The notes below the pieces were generated by a model, which was given only the letters and a program-made list of their open reading frames with translations, did no database searches and was not told the origin of the DNA. Both the position numbers and the translations under genes were made by a program. From a virus (Duplodnaviria > Heunggongvirae > Uroviricota > Caudoviricetes), in IMG/VR virus record IMGVR_UViG_3300044535_000502: a stretch of DNA of 64,000 nucleotides; one strand, given 5' to 3'. Numbering within the stretch: the first letter of the stretch is position 1; each line of letters starts with the position of its first letter. This document shows positions 36,964-46,235 of this stretch, in pieces.

Positions 36964-37400
36964 TGTCTGACGAAAAAGAGTGTATCGATATGAAAGTGGA
37001 TGTGGGTGTTCTAAAGACACAGGTTTCATCACTGACTGTGCTTTGTGATAAAATGGACAAAGTTATCGATAGACTCATGGACAATCATGATCGTGTCGTC
37101 AATCAAATCTATAATGATATGGAAAAAAGAAAAAGTGACACGGTTGCAGACATAAAGGAGATGCATTCTCGCATCTCCACAGTTGACAGGAACCTATCAG
37201 ATAAGATAGAATTGACGGAACGCCGTATTATGGAGGAAATCAAGTCACTGAGGGCTGATATTTCCAAGCATAATAAGGAAGAAGATTCCGCGCTAAAAAA
37301 GATCCTTGAATGGAAATGGTTTGTTACCGGTGGTGTAGTCATATTCGCATGGCTGGTAACAAATGTTAATCTAGCAACACTAGGTAAACTATTCAATTAG
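36963..37400 (+). CDS. coiled-coil protein with a C-terminal transmembrane anchor
   Basis: 145 aa. The C-terminal WFVTGGVVIFAWLVT segment is a transmembrane anchor. Confidence 0.35.
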   Translation: MSDEKECIDMKVDVGVLKTQVSSLTVLCDKMDKVIDRLMDNHDRVVNQIYNDMEKRKSDTVADIKEMHSRISTVDRNLSDKIELTERRIMEEIKSLRADISKHNKEEDSALKKILEWKWFVTGGVVIFAWLVTNVNLATLGKLFN

Positions 37401-37401
37401 C

Positions 37402-37429
37402 TTGACTTTTTGGTGGATGTGTATATAAT
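37402..37429 (+). promoter_or_regulatory. sigma70-like promoter TTGACT-16-TATAAT immediately upstream of the primase gene (near-leaderless)
   Basis: The -10 ends about 9 nt before the primase ATG. Confidence 0.4.
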
Positions 37430-37437
37430 GTATAGCT

Positions 37438-38469
37438 ATGAGTCTGTCCACCGATCTATCATTCGTTCAACGAATCACACACCGTTTCAATAAGTATCAG
37501 CGCAAGTCTGATTACCTATTCAACGTCCGTTGTCCTCTATGCGGGGACTCACACAAAAACAAGACCAAGATGCGTGGGTATATCTACCGGCGCGGAAATG
37601 GTCTTTTTTACCTTTGCCACAACTGTGGTGAGAGTATGTCTCTTGGTAATTTTATCAAGCGACTTGATGGTACCATCCACAAAGAATATGTCCTAGAGAA
37701 ATACAAGTCTGGTGAATACAATGGTGTATCAACTCGCCGAACATTGTTTGATGTTCCTGTGACCAGATTTGGTAAGGTAGAGAAAAAGATTTTCGATAAT
37801 GCCGAACGATGCGATAAGCTACCTGACCAACACTTCTGTGTTTCTTATTTGAAGAATCGTAAGATTCCACTAGAGCATTACAAGAATCTATACTTCACTG
37901 CAAACTACAAAAAGTTCTGTGATGAGGTATATCCTGACCATGGCAAAGATAAGATCACCGCTGATGCAAGACTGGTCATACCGTTCTATGATTCATATAA
38001 CGCACTGATTGGTGTATCCGGTCGTGCGTTGGTGACTGCTGACTATAAGTTGCGCTATGTCACTATCAAGACAAATACCAGTGAGAACAAGTTAATCTAT
38101 GGCCTAGACCGCATAGATATATCTCAACCCATAAAGATTGTCGAAGGACCGATTGACTCGTTGTTCTTGGACAATTGTGTTGGCTCTGGAGATTCCAGCT
38201 TGACCATCACAGCAAAGCAATTGAATGCTGAAAAGACAGTCCTGATATATGACAATGAACCTAGAAATAGAGAAATCGTCAATCTCATGGGCGATGCAAT
38301 CAAACATGGCCATAACATCGTTGTATGGCCCGACACCGTAGACGGCAAAGATATCAATGAAATGGTTATGAGTGGGATATCACCTGATGAAATAGAAGAT
38401 ATCATAAGTAATAACACCTTCAAAGGTATCGAAGCACAAATTAATTTTAATTATTGGAAGAAAGTATAA
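37438..38469 (+). CDS. 61: DNA primase (T4 gp61 homolog)
   Basis: Zn ribbon RCPLCGDSHKNKTKMRGYIY..CHNCG. The Toprim region RLVIPFYDS, IVEGPIDSLF and YDNEPRN closely matches T4 gp61. Confidence 0.93.
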   Translation: MSLSTDLSFVQRITHRFNKYQRKSDYLFNVRCPLCGDSHKNKTKMRGYIYRRGNGLFYLCHNCGESMSLGNFIKRLDGTIHKEYVLEKYKSGEYNGVSTRRTLFDVPVTRFGKVEKKIFDNAERCDKLPDQHFCVSYLKNRKIPLEHYKNLYFTANYKKFCDEVYPDHGKDKITADARLVIPFYDSYNALIGVSGRALVTADYKLRYVTIKTNTSENKLIYGLDRIDISQPIKIVEGPIDSLFLDNCVGSGDSSLTITAKQLNAEKTVLIYDNEPRNREIVNLMGDAIKHGHNIVVWPDTVDGKDINEMVMSGISPDEIEDIISNNTFKGIEAQINFNYWKKV

Positions 38470-38470
38470 C

Positions 38471-39154
38471 ATGAAAGCGCGACTGATTAGCTATAGTAAA
38501 CCCTCCCGTGAGATTGCCAATGAAGGCTTATATGATATGCAAGAACTAATTGCATTTTGTGCAAGAGTATCAAATCCTGCAAACCAACTAAACACAGAAA
38601 CATCCACAAAACTGATCAATTACTTGGTCAAGAATAAGCACTGGAGTCCTCTGGAGATGGTGTCTGCATGTGTTGAAGTTGAAACTACCCGCGATATCGC
38701 CCGACAGATTCTACGCCACAGGTCATTCTCTTTTCAGGAGTTTAGCCAACGATATGCTGATCCAACTAAGGACCTAGATTTTGTGTTTCGTGAAGCGAGG
38801 CTGCAAGACACCAAGAATCGTCAAAATTCAATTGAACTTGATATGAATAATGATAGTCATCGTCAGATTGCATATCAGTGGCAAAATTTACAGCGAGATT
38901 TAATTCAAAAATCAAAGGAAGTCTATGCTTGGGCAATGGAAAAGGGTATTGCAAAAGAGCAAGCCAGAGCCATTCTACCCGAAGGAAATACCGTGTCACG
39001 CATGTACATCAATGGTACACTGCGTTCCTTCATTCACTACATAGAAGTCCGCTCTGAAAAAGCAACGCAAAAAGAACACAGGGAAATGGCAATTGAAATT
39101 GCCAAAGTGATCGCTGAGGTATTTCCTTTGGCGCAAGAGTTCGTATCAAAATAA
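38471..39154 (+). CDS. thyX: flavin-dependent thymidylate synthase ThyX
   Basis: ThyX motif RHRSFSFQEFSQRY (RHRxxxxxS). 227 aa. Confidence 0.85.
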   Translation: MKARLISYSKPSREIANEGLYDMQELIAFCARVSNPANQLNTETSTKLINYLVKNKHWSPLEMVSACVEVETTRDIARQILRHRSFSFQEFSQRYADPTKDLDFVFREARLQDTKNRQNSIELDMNNDSHRQIAYQWQNLQRDLIQKSKEVYAWAMEKGIAKEQARAILPEGNTVSRMYINGTLRSFIHYIEVRSEKATQKEHREMAIEIAKVIAEVFPLAQEFVSK

Positions 39155-39168
39155 TAACAGGAGACAAG

Positions 39169-40962
39169 ATGGAAAGTATCGTTCACGATATTAGAGTGGA
39201 TTATTCTCGGGATAATCTATTCGATGATTTAGGTAGGAAGCGCCTTAAAGAAAGCTACATGAAAGATGAGGAACAATCACCACAGGAGAGATTCGCGTTT
39301 GTCAGCAAAACTTTTGGATCTAATCAAGCACATGCTCAGAGGTTGTATGAATATTCTTCTAAGCATTGGCTCAGCTATTCTACACCTATCCTTTCTTTTG
39401 GTCGTAGCAGCCGGGGCCTACCTATTTCTTGCTTTCTACCATATCTCCACGATAGTGCAGAAGGTTTGGTGGATTGTCTCTCGGAGGTAAACTGGCTGAG
39501 TATGCTCGGCGGAGGTATTGGAATTGGATTCGCTATTCGTTCTGCTGATGACAAGTCTACTGGCATCATGCCTCATCTTAGGACTTATGATGCATCAAGC
39601 CTCGCCTATAGGCAGGGCCGTACTCGCCGCGGTTCTTATGCCGCTTATCTTGATATTAGCCATCCAGATATTCCTCTATTTTTGGATATGAGGAAGCCAA
39701 CTGGTGATCCAAATATGCGGGCCTTGAACTTGCATCACGGTATCAATATCACCGATGACTTCATGCAATTGGTTGAGCAGGCTATGTTGGATCCAAATGC
39801 TGATGATAGTTGGCACTTCCGTGATCCACATGATAACACCATTCGTGATACAGTATCAGCTAAAGAGTTGTGGCAACAAGTCCTTGAAATGCGTATGTTG
39901 ACAGGTGAGCCATACATCCACTTCATTGACACAAGCAATCGTGCAATGCCACAGTTTCAGAAAGACTTGGGCTTGAAGATTGCACAATCCAATCTGTGTT
40001 CTGAAATCATTCTTCCAACAAACAAAGACCGCACCGCGGTGTGTTGCCTGTCTTCCGTGAATCTGGAGTACTATGATGAATGGAAAGATGATCCACTATT
40101 CATTCGTGATATCGCAGAGATGTTAGACAACGTTTTGCAATACTTCATCGACAATGCACCAGACACCATCGCAAGGGCTAAATTCTCTGCTATGCGTGAG
40201 CGAAGCATTGGTATCGGTGCACTGGGCTTCCATGCATTCTTGCAGAAAAAGGGAATTGCATTTGAAGGTGTGATGGCTAAGTCATACAACATCCAGATGT
40301 TCAAGAACATCCATACAAAGGGCGCTGTTGCTAATCTTGAGTTGGGTAAAGAGCGAGGTGAGGCACCTGATGCTGTCGGCACAGGCCGCAGATTCAGCCA
40401 CATGTGGGCTATTGCACCAAATGCATCATCGTCCATCATCATGGGCAATACATCACCATCCATTGAACCATACCGCGCAAATGCTTATCGCCAAGACACA
40501 CTGAGTGGTTCTTCACTGAACAAGAATCGTTGGTTGGACAAGATCATTCAGAAAGAAGCTGAGACTCATACAGATGGCTGGGCTGATGAAGTTTGGTCGT
40601 CAATCATTGCCAACGATGGCTCGGTGCAACACCTAACATGGATGAATGAAAATGATCGTGAAGTGTTCAAGACTTCTATGGAGATTGATCAGCGTTGGGT
40701 CATTGAACACGCCGCAGATAGACAGCCATACATTGATCAAGCACAGAGTTTGAATCTATTCTTCCGTCCAGATGCACACATCAAGTATATCCATGCTTGC
40801 CATTTCCTAGCATGGAAACGTGGGTTGAAGACTTTGTACTATTGCCGCAGTGAGAAGTTGGCTAAAGCGGATAAGGTATCAAAGCGCATTGAGCGTGAAA
40901 TCATCAAAGAATTGGACTTGAGTGCAATCATTGGTGGTGATGAATGCCTAGCTTGCCAATAA
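39169..40962 (+). CDS. nrdA: ribonucleotide reductase class I alpha subunit (no ATP-cone)
   Basis: Active-site motif NLCSEI and a C-terminal CxxC redox pair (ECLAC). 597 aa. Confidence 0.85.
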   Translation: MESIVHDIRVDYSRDNLFDDLGRKRLKESYMKDEEQSPQERFAFVSKTFGSNQAHAQRLYEYSSKHWLSYSTPILSFGRSSRGLPISCFLPYLHDSAEGLVDCLSEVNWLSMLGGGIGIGFAIRSADDKSTGIMPHLRTYDASSLAYRQGRTRRGSYAAYLDISHPDIPLFLDMRKPTGDPNMRALNLHHGINITDDFMQLVEQAMLDPNADDSWHFRDPHDNTIRDTVSAKELWQQVLEMRMLTGEPYIHFIDTSNRAMPQFQKDLGLKIAQSNLCSEIILPTNKDRTAVCCLSSVNLEYYDEWKDDPLFIRDIAEMLDNVLQYFIDNAPDTIARAKFSAMRERSIGIGALGFHAFLQKKGIAFEGVMAKSYNIQMFKNIHTKGAVANLELGKERGEAPDAVGTGRRFSHMWAIAPNASSSIIMGNTSPSIEPYRANAYRQDTLSGSSLNKNRWLDKIIQKEAETHTDGWADEVWSSIIANDGSVQHLTWMNENDREVFKTSMEIDQRWVIEHAADRQPYIDQAQSLNLFFRPDAHIKYIHACHFLAWKRGLKTLYYCRSEKLAKADKVSKRIEREIIKELDLSAIIGGDECLACQ

Positions 40963-40976
40963 CAAAAGGAATAAAA

Positions 40977-41414
40977 ATGAAAAAAATAATAATCGGTGCT
41001 ATGATAGCACTAACCGCAATCGCAAGTTTTGCACAAAAAGAAAAAGCTGGTGTTGCATATGATGCAGTATTGACCAGAGTAATTGATGGTGACACAGTGG
41101 CGTTTCAAGCTAACTGGTTGCCTGAGCCTCTGAAAAAGGAATTGAGTGTCCGTGTATTTGGTGTTGATACACCTGAGAAGGGTCATCGCGCAATGTGCCC
41201 AAGTGAAGATGCACGTGGTCAAGCTGCAACTGCATTCACTAAGGCACAAATCAATGGGGCACAGAAACGCCAAGTTGTATTGATGGGTTGGGACAAATAT
41301 GGTGGGCGTGTATTGGGTGATATTTTGCTTGACGGCAAGAGCCTGCGTCAAATGTTGATAACAAATGGTTTTGCCCGTGAGTACTACGGCGAAGCTAAAA
41401 CATCATGGTGCTGA
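40977..41414 (+). CDS. secreted staphylococcal-nuclease (SNase/thermonuclease)-like nuclease
   Basis: Signal peptide MKKIIIGAMIALTAIASFA. SNase motifs VIDGDTV and VRVFGVDTPEKG. Confidence 0.65.
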   Translation: MKKIIIGAMIALTAIASFAQKEKAGVAYDAVLTRVIDGDTVAFQANWLPEPLKKELSVRVFGVDTPEKGHRAMCPSEDARGQAATAFTKAQINGAQKRQVVLMGWDKYGGRVLGDILLDGKSLRQMLITNGFAREYYGEAKTSWC

Positions 41415-41415
41415 T

Positions 41416-41661
41416 ATGAGAAAAGTATTGAGATTCACCGCATCATGGTGCCAACCATGCAAAGCTATGGCTAAATTGATAGATGGTGTTGACACCAACC
41501 TACCGATTGAAGTCATTGATATTGATGAACAGTCTGAATTGGCTGTTGATTATGGAATCAGATCGGTTCCTACACTGGTCATGCTTGATGAAAACATCGA
41601 AGTTCGTAGAATGGTCGGCCTGGTGACAAAAGATAAATTAGAAAATTGGATAAAAGAATGA
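41416..41661 (+). CDS. thioredoxin/glutaredoxin-like redoxin (NrdH-like)
   Basis: WCQPCK active site. 81 aa. Located between nrdA and nrdB. Confidence 0.75.
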   Translation: MRKVLRFTASWCQPCKAMAKLIDGVDTNLPIEVIDIDEQSELAVDYGIRSVPTLVMLDENIEVRRMVGLVTKDKLENWIKE

Positions 41662-42644
41662 CAAAGAAAAATGTAGAATCAAAACTGACTGATGAACGTA
41701 GTTCGTTCAAACCATTTTCTTATCCTTGGGCCTACGATGCATGGTTGAAACACGAACAGAGTCACTGGTTGCATACAGAATGTCCGATGATGGAGGACGT
41801 CAAGGACTGGAAGAAAAGACTTACTGATGATGAAAAGAAGTTTCTGACAAACATCTTTAGATTCTTCACACAAGGTGACATTGACGTTGCTGGTGGTTAT
41901 GTGAAGAACTATCTTCCATACTTCCCACAGCCAGAAGTTCGTATGATGTTGTTGGGCTTCGCAGCACGGGAAGCATTGCATGTGGCTGCATATAGTCACT
42001 TGATTGAAACTCTTGGTCTGCCTGAAACAACCTACAATGAATTTCTATCGTATCAGGAGATGAAGGACAAGCATGACTATGTGCTAGATATCTCAAACAA
42101 GAATGGCACTAAAGAAAACACAGCAAGGCACATTGCGGTGTTCAGTGCATTCACTGAAGGTATGCAATTGTTTAGCTCATTCATTATGTTGTTGAACTTC
42201 CCACGCCATGGTAAGATGAAAGGCATGGGTCAAATCGTTACCTGGTCTATCGTTGATGAAACGATGCATGCCGAGAACATGATGAAATTGTTCAAGACAT
42301 ACATCGGTGAGAATCCAGAAATCTGGAACGATGAACTCAAAGGCTCCATCTACACCATCGCTGAGAAAATGGTAGAATTGGAAGATAGATTCATTGATTT
42401 GGCTTTCGGTATCGCAGAGGGAGAAGGTCTGACCAAGGATGAATTGAAGAAATACATCCGTTACATTGCTGACCGTAGACTGATTGGTTTGGGTATGAAA
42501 GGTATCTTTAAGGTCAAGAGGAATCCATTACCATGGGTGGAAGAAATGATCAATGCTCCTACACATACCAACTTCTTTGAGAATCGGAGCACAGACTATG
42601 CCAAAGGTGCCTTGTCTGGCACATGGGATGACGTTTGGGCATAA
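41658..42644 (+). CDS. nrdB: ribonucleotide reductase class I beta subunit
   Basis: Ferritin-like di-iron ligands (E..H: AAREALHVAAYSHLIETLG; E..H later). ATGA overlap with the redoxin gene. Confidence 0.9.
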   Translation: MTKKNVESKLTDERSSFKPFSYPWAYDAWLKHEQSHWLHTECPMMEDVKDWKKRLTDDEKKFLTNIFRFFTQGDIDVAGGYVKNYLPYFPQPEVRMMLLGFAAREALHVAAYSHLIETLGLPETTYNEFLSYQEMKDKHDYVLDISNKNGTKENTARHIAVFSAFTEGMQLFSSFIMLLNFPRHGKMKGMGQIVTWSIVDETMHAENMMKLFKTYIGENPEIWNDELKGSIYTIAEKMVELEDRFIDLAFGIAEGEGLTKDELKKYIRYIADRRLIGLGMKGIFKVKRNPLPWVEEMINAPTHTNFFENRSTDYAKGALSGTWDDVWA

Positions 42645-42653
42645 GGTAAAAAT

Positions 42654-42688
42654 GAACAGGGCAGCTTTACAACTGCTCTGTTTTGTAT
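42654..42688 (+). terminator. rho-independent terminator after nrdB
   Basis: gaacagggcag...ctgctctgtttt forms a hairpin followed by T-rich sequence. Confidence 0.5.
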
Positions 42689-42700
42689 TATAATGGAGTC

Positions 42701-42976
42701 ACTATGACATTAAACAAAAAACTTCAAGAACTAGCTAGAGATGCAGGCTTTGCATTCTGGGACAATGAACCATATGGTCCTGGTCCAGATAACATCGATT
42801 GGTCCTCACTGTATGATGAACAACTTCAAGGCCTATATGATAGGATGCTTGAGGAAGTTATCCAATCGGTTGAAGAGTCTTGCAAAAAGAAAACGTTTAC
42901 CACATATGATCATGGCATGATTGGTGGCATCAAGAAGCAAATTGTTGAGGACTTACTGAAAGAGTTTGGTAAATGA
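42701..42976 (+). CDS. hypothetical protein
   Basis: 91 aa. The start follows a GGAG ribosome-binding site. Confidence 0.35.
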   Translation, partial: TMTLNKKLQELARDAGFAFWDNEPYGPGPDNIDWSSLYDEQLQGLYDRMLEEVIQSVEESCKKKTFTTYDHGMIGGIKKQIVEDLLKEFGK

Positions 42977-43206
42977 AGTTGATTGATTTAATTCACCAAC
43001 TTGAAGACCTGTATTACTCTTACGATGCTGAATACCACTCCGTAATGGGTGAACCAGAAATTATGATTGATGCCTTTGATTTGGTTGGTGATCATAAGTT
43101 TGAGTATGCTGGCTTTGGACCAGAAATTTACATTGACAAAAGCGCCGATGGCGTGTATGATATAATTCGTGCATTCAAAACAAAGGAAGAAGAAAATGGC
43201 AACTGA
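42973..43206 (+). CDS. hypothetical protein
   Basis: 77 aa. ATGA overlap. Confidence 0.35.
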   Translation: MKLIDLIHQLEDLYYSYDAEYHSVMGEPEIMIDAFDLVGDHKFEYAGFGPEIYIDKSADGVYDIIRAFKTKEEENGN

Positions 43207-43372
43207 AGCTAAACAAGAGAAAGTAAAAGAGTTGGATCGCAAAGCTATCCAAATCGCAACATCAACCACCGGCACAGGACAGATAATGCTGTTTGCATTG
43301 TGTGATGATGGCACAATTCACATGATACGACCAACAACTGATATTGGTTGGGCACAAGTCAAAAAACTATGA
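43196..43372 (+). CDS. hypothetical protein
   Basis: 58 aa. The start was chosen at MATEAK. Confidence 0.3.
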   Translation: MATEAKQEKVKELDRKAIQIATSTTGTGQIMLFALCDDGTIHMIRPTTDIGWAQVKKL

Positions 43373-43521
43373 GTAAGACCATGCTCGGCGTTGCCGTACT
43401 GATATACAATTTTGCAATTGTTGCAGGCACAGCATGGCTTGTTGCGGTGCATGACTGGTCTGGCTGGTGGTTCATGTTATCGCTTGCAATTATGATGAAC
43501 ATAAAGAACAAAGATGAATGA
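43369..43521 (+). CDS. small hydrophobic membrane peptide (~50 aa)
   Basis: MSKTMLGVAVLIYNFAIVAGTAWLVAV.... ATGA overlaps at both ends. Confidence 0.35.
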   Translation: MSKTMLGVAVLIYNFAIVAGTAWLVAVHDWSGWWFMLSLAIMMNIKNKDE

Positions 43522-43810
43522 TGTAACGTTCACTTCACATGACTATCCTATCGGTGGCAAAATGGTTGTTGGTTCATATATGGTGTCTGAGTTGGATGCA
43601 ATTGATATGATGAACAATGTTGTTGGCGGCAAAGAAGAGATAAAAAAGCGTTTACTAATGGAAATGCTGGAATACATGTTAGAAAACAAACTGGTAGAGT
43701 TTACTATGGTTGAGGATCATGCCCGTGCTACTCGCACCTTCCGTGTTCGTGCATATCTAGCACCAAATGATCAAGTGAAAATTCTACGTACTGCCTATAA
43801 GATTGATTAG
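43514..43810 (+). CDS. hypothetical protein
   Basis: 98 aa ORF. Confidence 0.35.
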   Translation: MNDVTFTSHDYPIGGKMVVGSYMVSELDAIDMMNNVVGGKEEIKKRLLMEMLEYMLENKLVEFTMVEDHARATRTFRVRAYLAPNDQVKILRTAYKID

Positions 43811-43835
43811 ACTCGGTACTCTAGTAAAATCATGT

Positions 43836-43900
43836 TGCAATACAACATTTTCTGATATATAATTGTATGGTGTTGCTCACTAACGAGGACACCATATAAC
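43836..43900 (+). promoter_or_regulatory. sigma70-like promoter (TTGCAA-17-TATAAT, extended -10 TG) followed by an 8-bp stem-loop (TATGGTGT/ACACCATA)
   Basis: Intergenic, upstream of 43985..44197. Confidence 0.4.
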
Positions 43901-43984
43901 ATGCTAAAAACAATTCTATCAACAATCGCTGAGATAAAACATCTATTCAGCAAAGCACCAATCGCTTTACAATAAGGATACAAA

Positions 43985-44197
43985 ATGGACAATACTAAAT
44001 TCAAAGAACTAGCACTGACTGCTATTCAAATCAATTCAACTGCTACACACTCAGGCATCGATGCATTGAAGAAATTTGCAGGTACTGAATATGCTACATA
44101 CTTACATGGACTAACCAATGTAGCGGACGAAATTACCAAGAATGCAAGAAAAATCATCGAGAGCACGGAACTTGCTTTTGCAGGAAATAAGAAGTAA
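43985..44197 (+). CDS. hypothetical protein
   Basis: 70 aa ORF. Confidence 0.3.
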   Translation: MDNTKFKELALTAIQINSTATHSGIDALKKFAGTEYATYLHGLTNVADEITKNARKIIESTELAFAGNKK

Positions 44198-44387
44198 CAC
44201 CTCATACTTCCAGCCTGCGCTAAAGAACGGATGGATTATAAAATTCTCCGTTCATAAAAATTCAGATGTTTTATTAATCATTGTGTCCAAGTACACAGGA
44301 CAGACATTCTTGAGGTATTTCATTGATGAGGACGATGCCGTTAAATTCATCAACATGATAACAATGCTGGATCCCACTGTTTTGTCT

Positions 44388-44395
44388 GTATAAAT
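44388..44395 (+). promoter_or_regulatory. T4-type late promoter TATAAATA
   Basis: Exact match 25 nt upstream of the 44420 ORF. Confidence 0.5.
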
Positions 44396-44419
44396 ATAAG
44401 ATCAATTGAGGATATACAG

Positions 44420-44752
44420 ATGGCAACTTATTTGGTAGCAACAGGCGTTAAATTTCCTGATGACACAATACGAACTTCAGCTAGAGAAATTATACAGGTA
44501 ATCGGTACAAACACTACAGCCGTGGCTTTCCGCACGTATGTGTTGACCGCATCATTGACACTAACTCTGCCCTCATCTCCCACCGCAGGAGATTGGGTGA
44601 AAATACAAAACAGTAGCGGTACAACCACAGCCGTTATCGCAAGAAACGGTAGCAACATTATGTCATTGGCTGAGAACATGACACTTGACGCAAACTTTGT
44701 ACCGTTACAGCTTGTTTACGCCGATGCAACACGCGGCTGGGTTTTTAATTAA
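44420..44752 (+). CDS. hypothetical late protein (structural?)
   Basis: 110 aa. Preceded by a late promoter and an AGGA ribosome-binding site. Confidence 0.4.
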   Translation: MATYLVATGVKFPDDTIRTSAREIIQVIGTNTTAVAFRTYVLTASLTLTLPSSPTAGDWVKIQNSSGTTTAVIARNGSNIMSLAENMTLDANFVPLQLVYADATRGWVFN

Positions 44753-44762
44753 GGAATAACAC

Positions 44763-45551
44763 ATGAGTACGATGAGTCAATTTTTTGCTGCTGGCGGAGT
44801 GCCAATTCAATACAGCACAAATACCTCCGGCAGCTTTACTACACCAGTCTCAGGTAAGTATTTGATCACTGCAATCGGAGGTGGCGGTGGCGGTGGCGGC
44901 GGCGGTGCGTACCGTGGAGGTGGTGGTGGAGGACTGGCACAGTCGCTTGTATCCCTTTCTTCCGGTGTCGTGCTGACACTGACTGTTGGTGCAGGCGGCG
45001 CAGGCGGATATCCAGGCACAGCTGGTGGCACTACAACGGTATCAGGCTCAGGCATCACAACATTGACAGCAAACGGTGGTGCAATTTCCACAGGCACTGG
45101 TGGTGCTGGAGGCACTGCCTCTGGCGGAAATATTATGAATGTGACAGGTGGAAGCGCAGGAAATGGAGATTATTTTGGAGGAGGCGCTGTTGGAGTATAT
45201 GGAACGACACCCGCAGCATCGTCCGTCCAATATGCAGGAGCATCAGTGACTGGTGCTCTTGTGGGTGTAGAACATACTTCCGATGGCTTTCTTGGTGGAA
45301 GACTACTGCAACCTCTCGGTGGAATTTATTACTACTGGTGGGGAGATTATGGCCGTCAAATTACTCCACATCCTGGACAGGGAGGCATGAGCGGCTCGGG
45401 CAATGGCTTTGCGGCGCAGGCTGGACTATTTGCGGGTGGCGGTTATAGCGGCGCAGCAGGAAAATTTGGTGGAGGAGGCTTCACCAACTACCAAGGCTAC
45501 GCCGTTGCTGGTGGTGTTGGTGGTGTAATCATTGAATATTTTCTTGCATAA
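44763..45551 (+). CDS. glycine-rich protein (fiber or structural-like)
   Basis: 262 aa with long Gly runs (GGGGGGGGGAYRGGGGGG) and GAGG repeats. Confidence 0.4.
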   Translation: MSTMSQFFAAGGVPIQYSTNTSGSFTTPVSGKYLITAIGGGGGGGGGGAYRGGGGGGLAQSLVSLSSGVVLTLTVGAGGAGGYPGTAGGTTTVSGSGITTLTANGGAISTGTGGAGGTASGGNIMNVTGGSAGNGDYFGGGAVGVYGTTPAASSVQYAGASVTGALVGVEHTSDGFLGGRLLQPLGGIYYYWWGDYGRQITPHPGQGGMSGSGNGFAAQAGLFAGGGYSGAAGKFGGGGFTNYQGYAVAGGVGGVIIEYFLA

Positions 45552-45563
45552 CGGAGCAAACAT

Positions 45564-45713
45564 ATGATATATGAAATACTAAACGAAGATGGTGAAGTCA
45601 CCAACAGGATCGCAGCCGACATTGAATTTATGTTGTCTAACTATCCAGATGGTAATTACAATGAGTTGCCGGAACCTCCTGAGGTTCCGAATATTCTCAC
45701 GGCACAACCATAA
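45564..45713 (+). CDS. small acidic ORF (49 aa)
   Basis: A GGAG ribosome-binding site is present. It ends just before a terminator. Confidence 0.25.
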   Translation: MIYEILNEDGEVTNRIAADIEFMLSNYPDGNYNELPEPPEVPNILTAQP

Positions 45714-45739
45714 CAACCTAACCACCAGGTAAACAATCA

Positions 45740-45767
45740 ATCCCGAGCTTGACTCGGGATTTTCTTT
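45740..45767 (+). terminator. rho-independent terminator
   Basis: atcccgagcttgactcgggat forms a hairpin followed by TTTCTTT. Confidence 0.6.
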
Positions 45768-45783
45768 GGAGTATAATAGACTC

Positions 45784-46044
45784 ATGAAATACACACAACA
45801 ATTTGAATTACATGAAAAAGAATTGCACTGGAACTATCGTATCAAGTGGTATGCCGCGCCCAATCCACACGACAATGATAAGTACTGGGAACATGAAGAA
45901 AACTGGTACATCCTGATTGGGATAGGTGATAGGTTGTTTGACTATGAAGAATTTGAATATGATTACTACCAACAGACAACTATTACCATCCTAGGTATTG
46001 TATTCGGTAAGGGCTATTCATATCAAGATGAAAGAATATTATGA
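45784..46044 (+). CDS. hypothetical protein
   Basis: 87 aa ORF. Confidence 0.3.
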   Translation: MKYTQQFELHEKELHWNYRIKWYAAPNPHDNDKYWEHEENWYILIGIGDRLFDYEEFEYDYYQQTTITILGIVFGKGYSYQDERIL

Positions 46045-46235
46045 GAATTGATGATGAGGTCGATAGGATCAATGCATTGTTGTTGCCTCTGCTTGGCAAC
46101 CAGCGGATGGTCAACCTGTGGTGGGACACACCAAATTATGCATTGGACATGAAGACACCTGCGGATGTGTGGGAGTATGACCAAAAGAGAGTCTTTGATT
46201 ATATACGGAAACAATACAGTGGTGATTATTCATGA
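46041..46235 (+). CDS. hypothetical protein
   Basis: 64 aa. ATGA overlap. Confidence 0.3.
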   Translation: MRIDDEVDRINALLLPLLGNQRMVNLWWDTPNYALDMKTPADVWEYDQKRVFDYIRKQYSGDYS

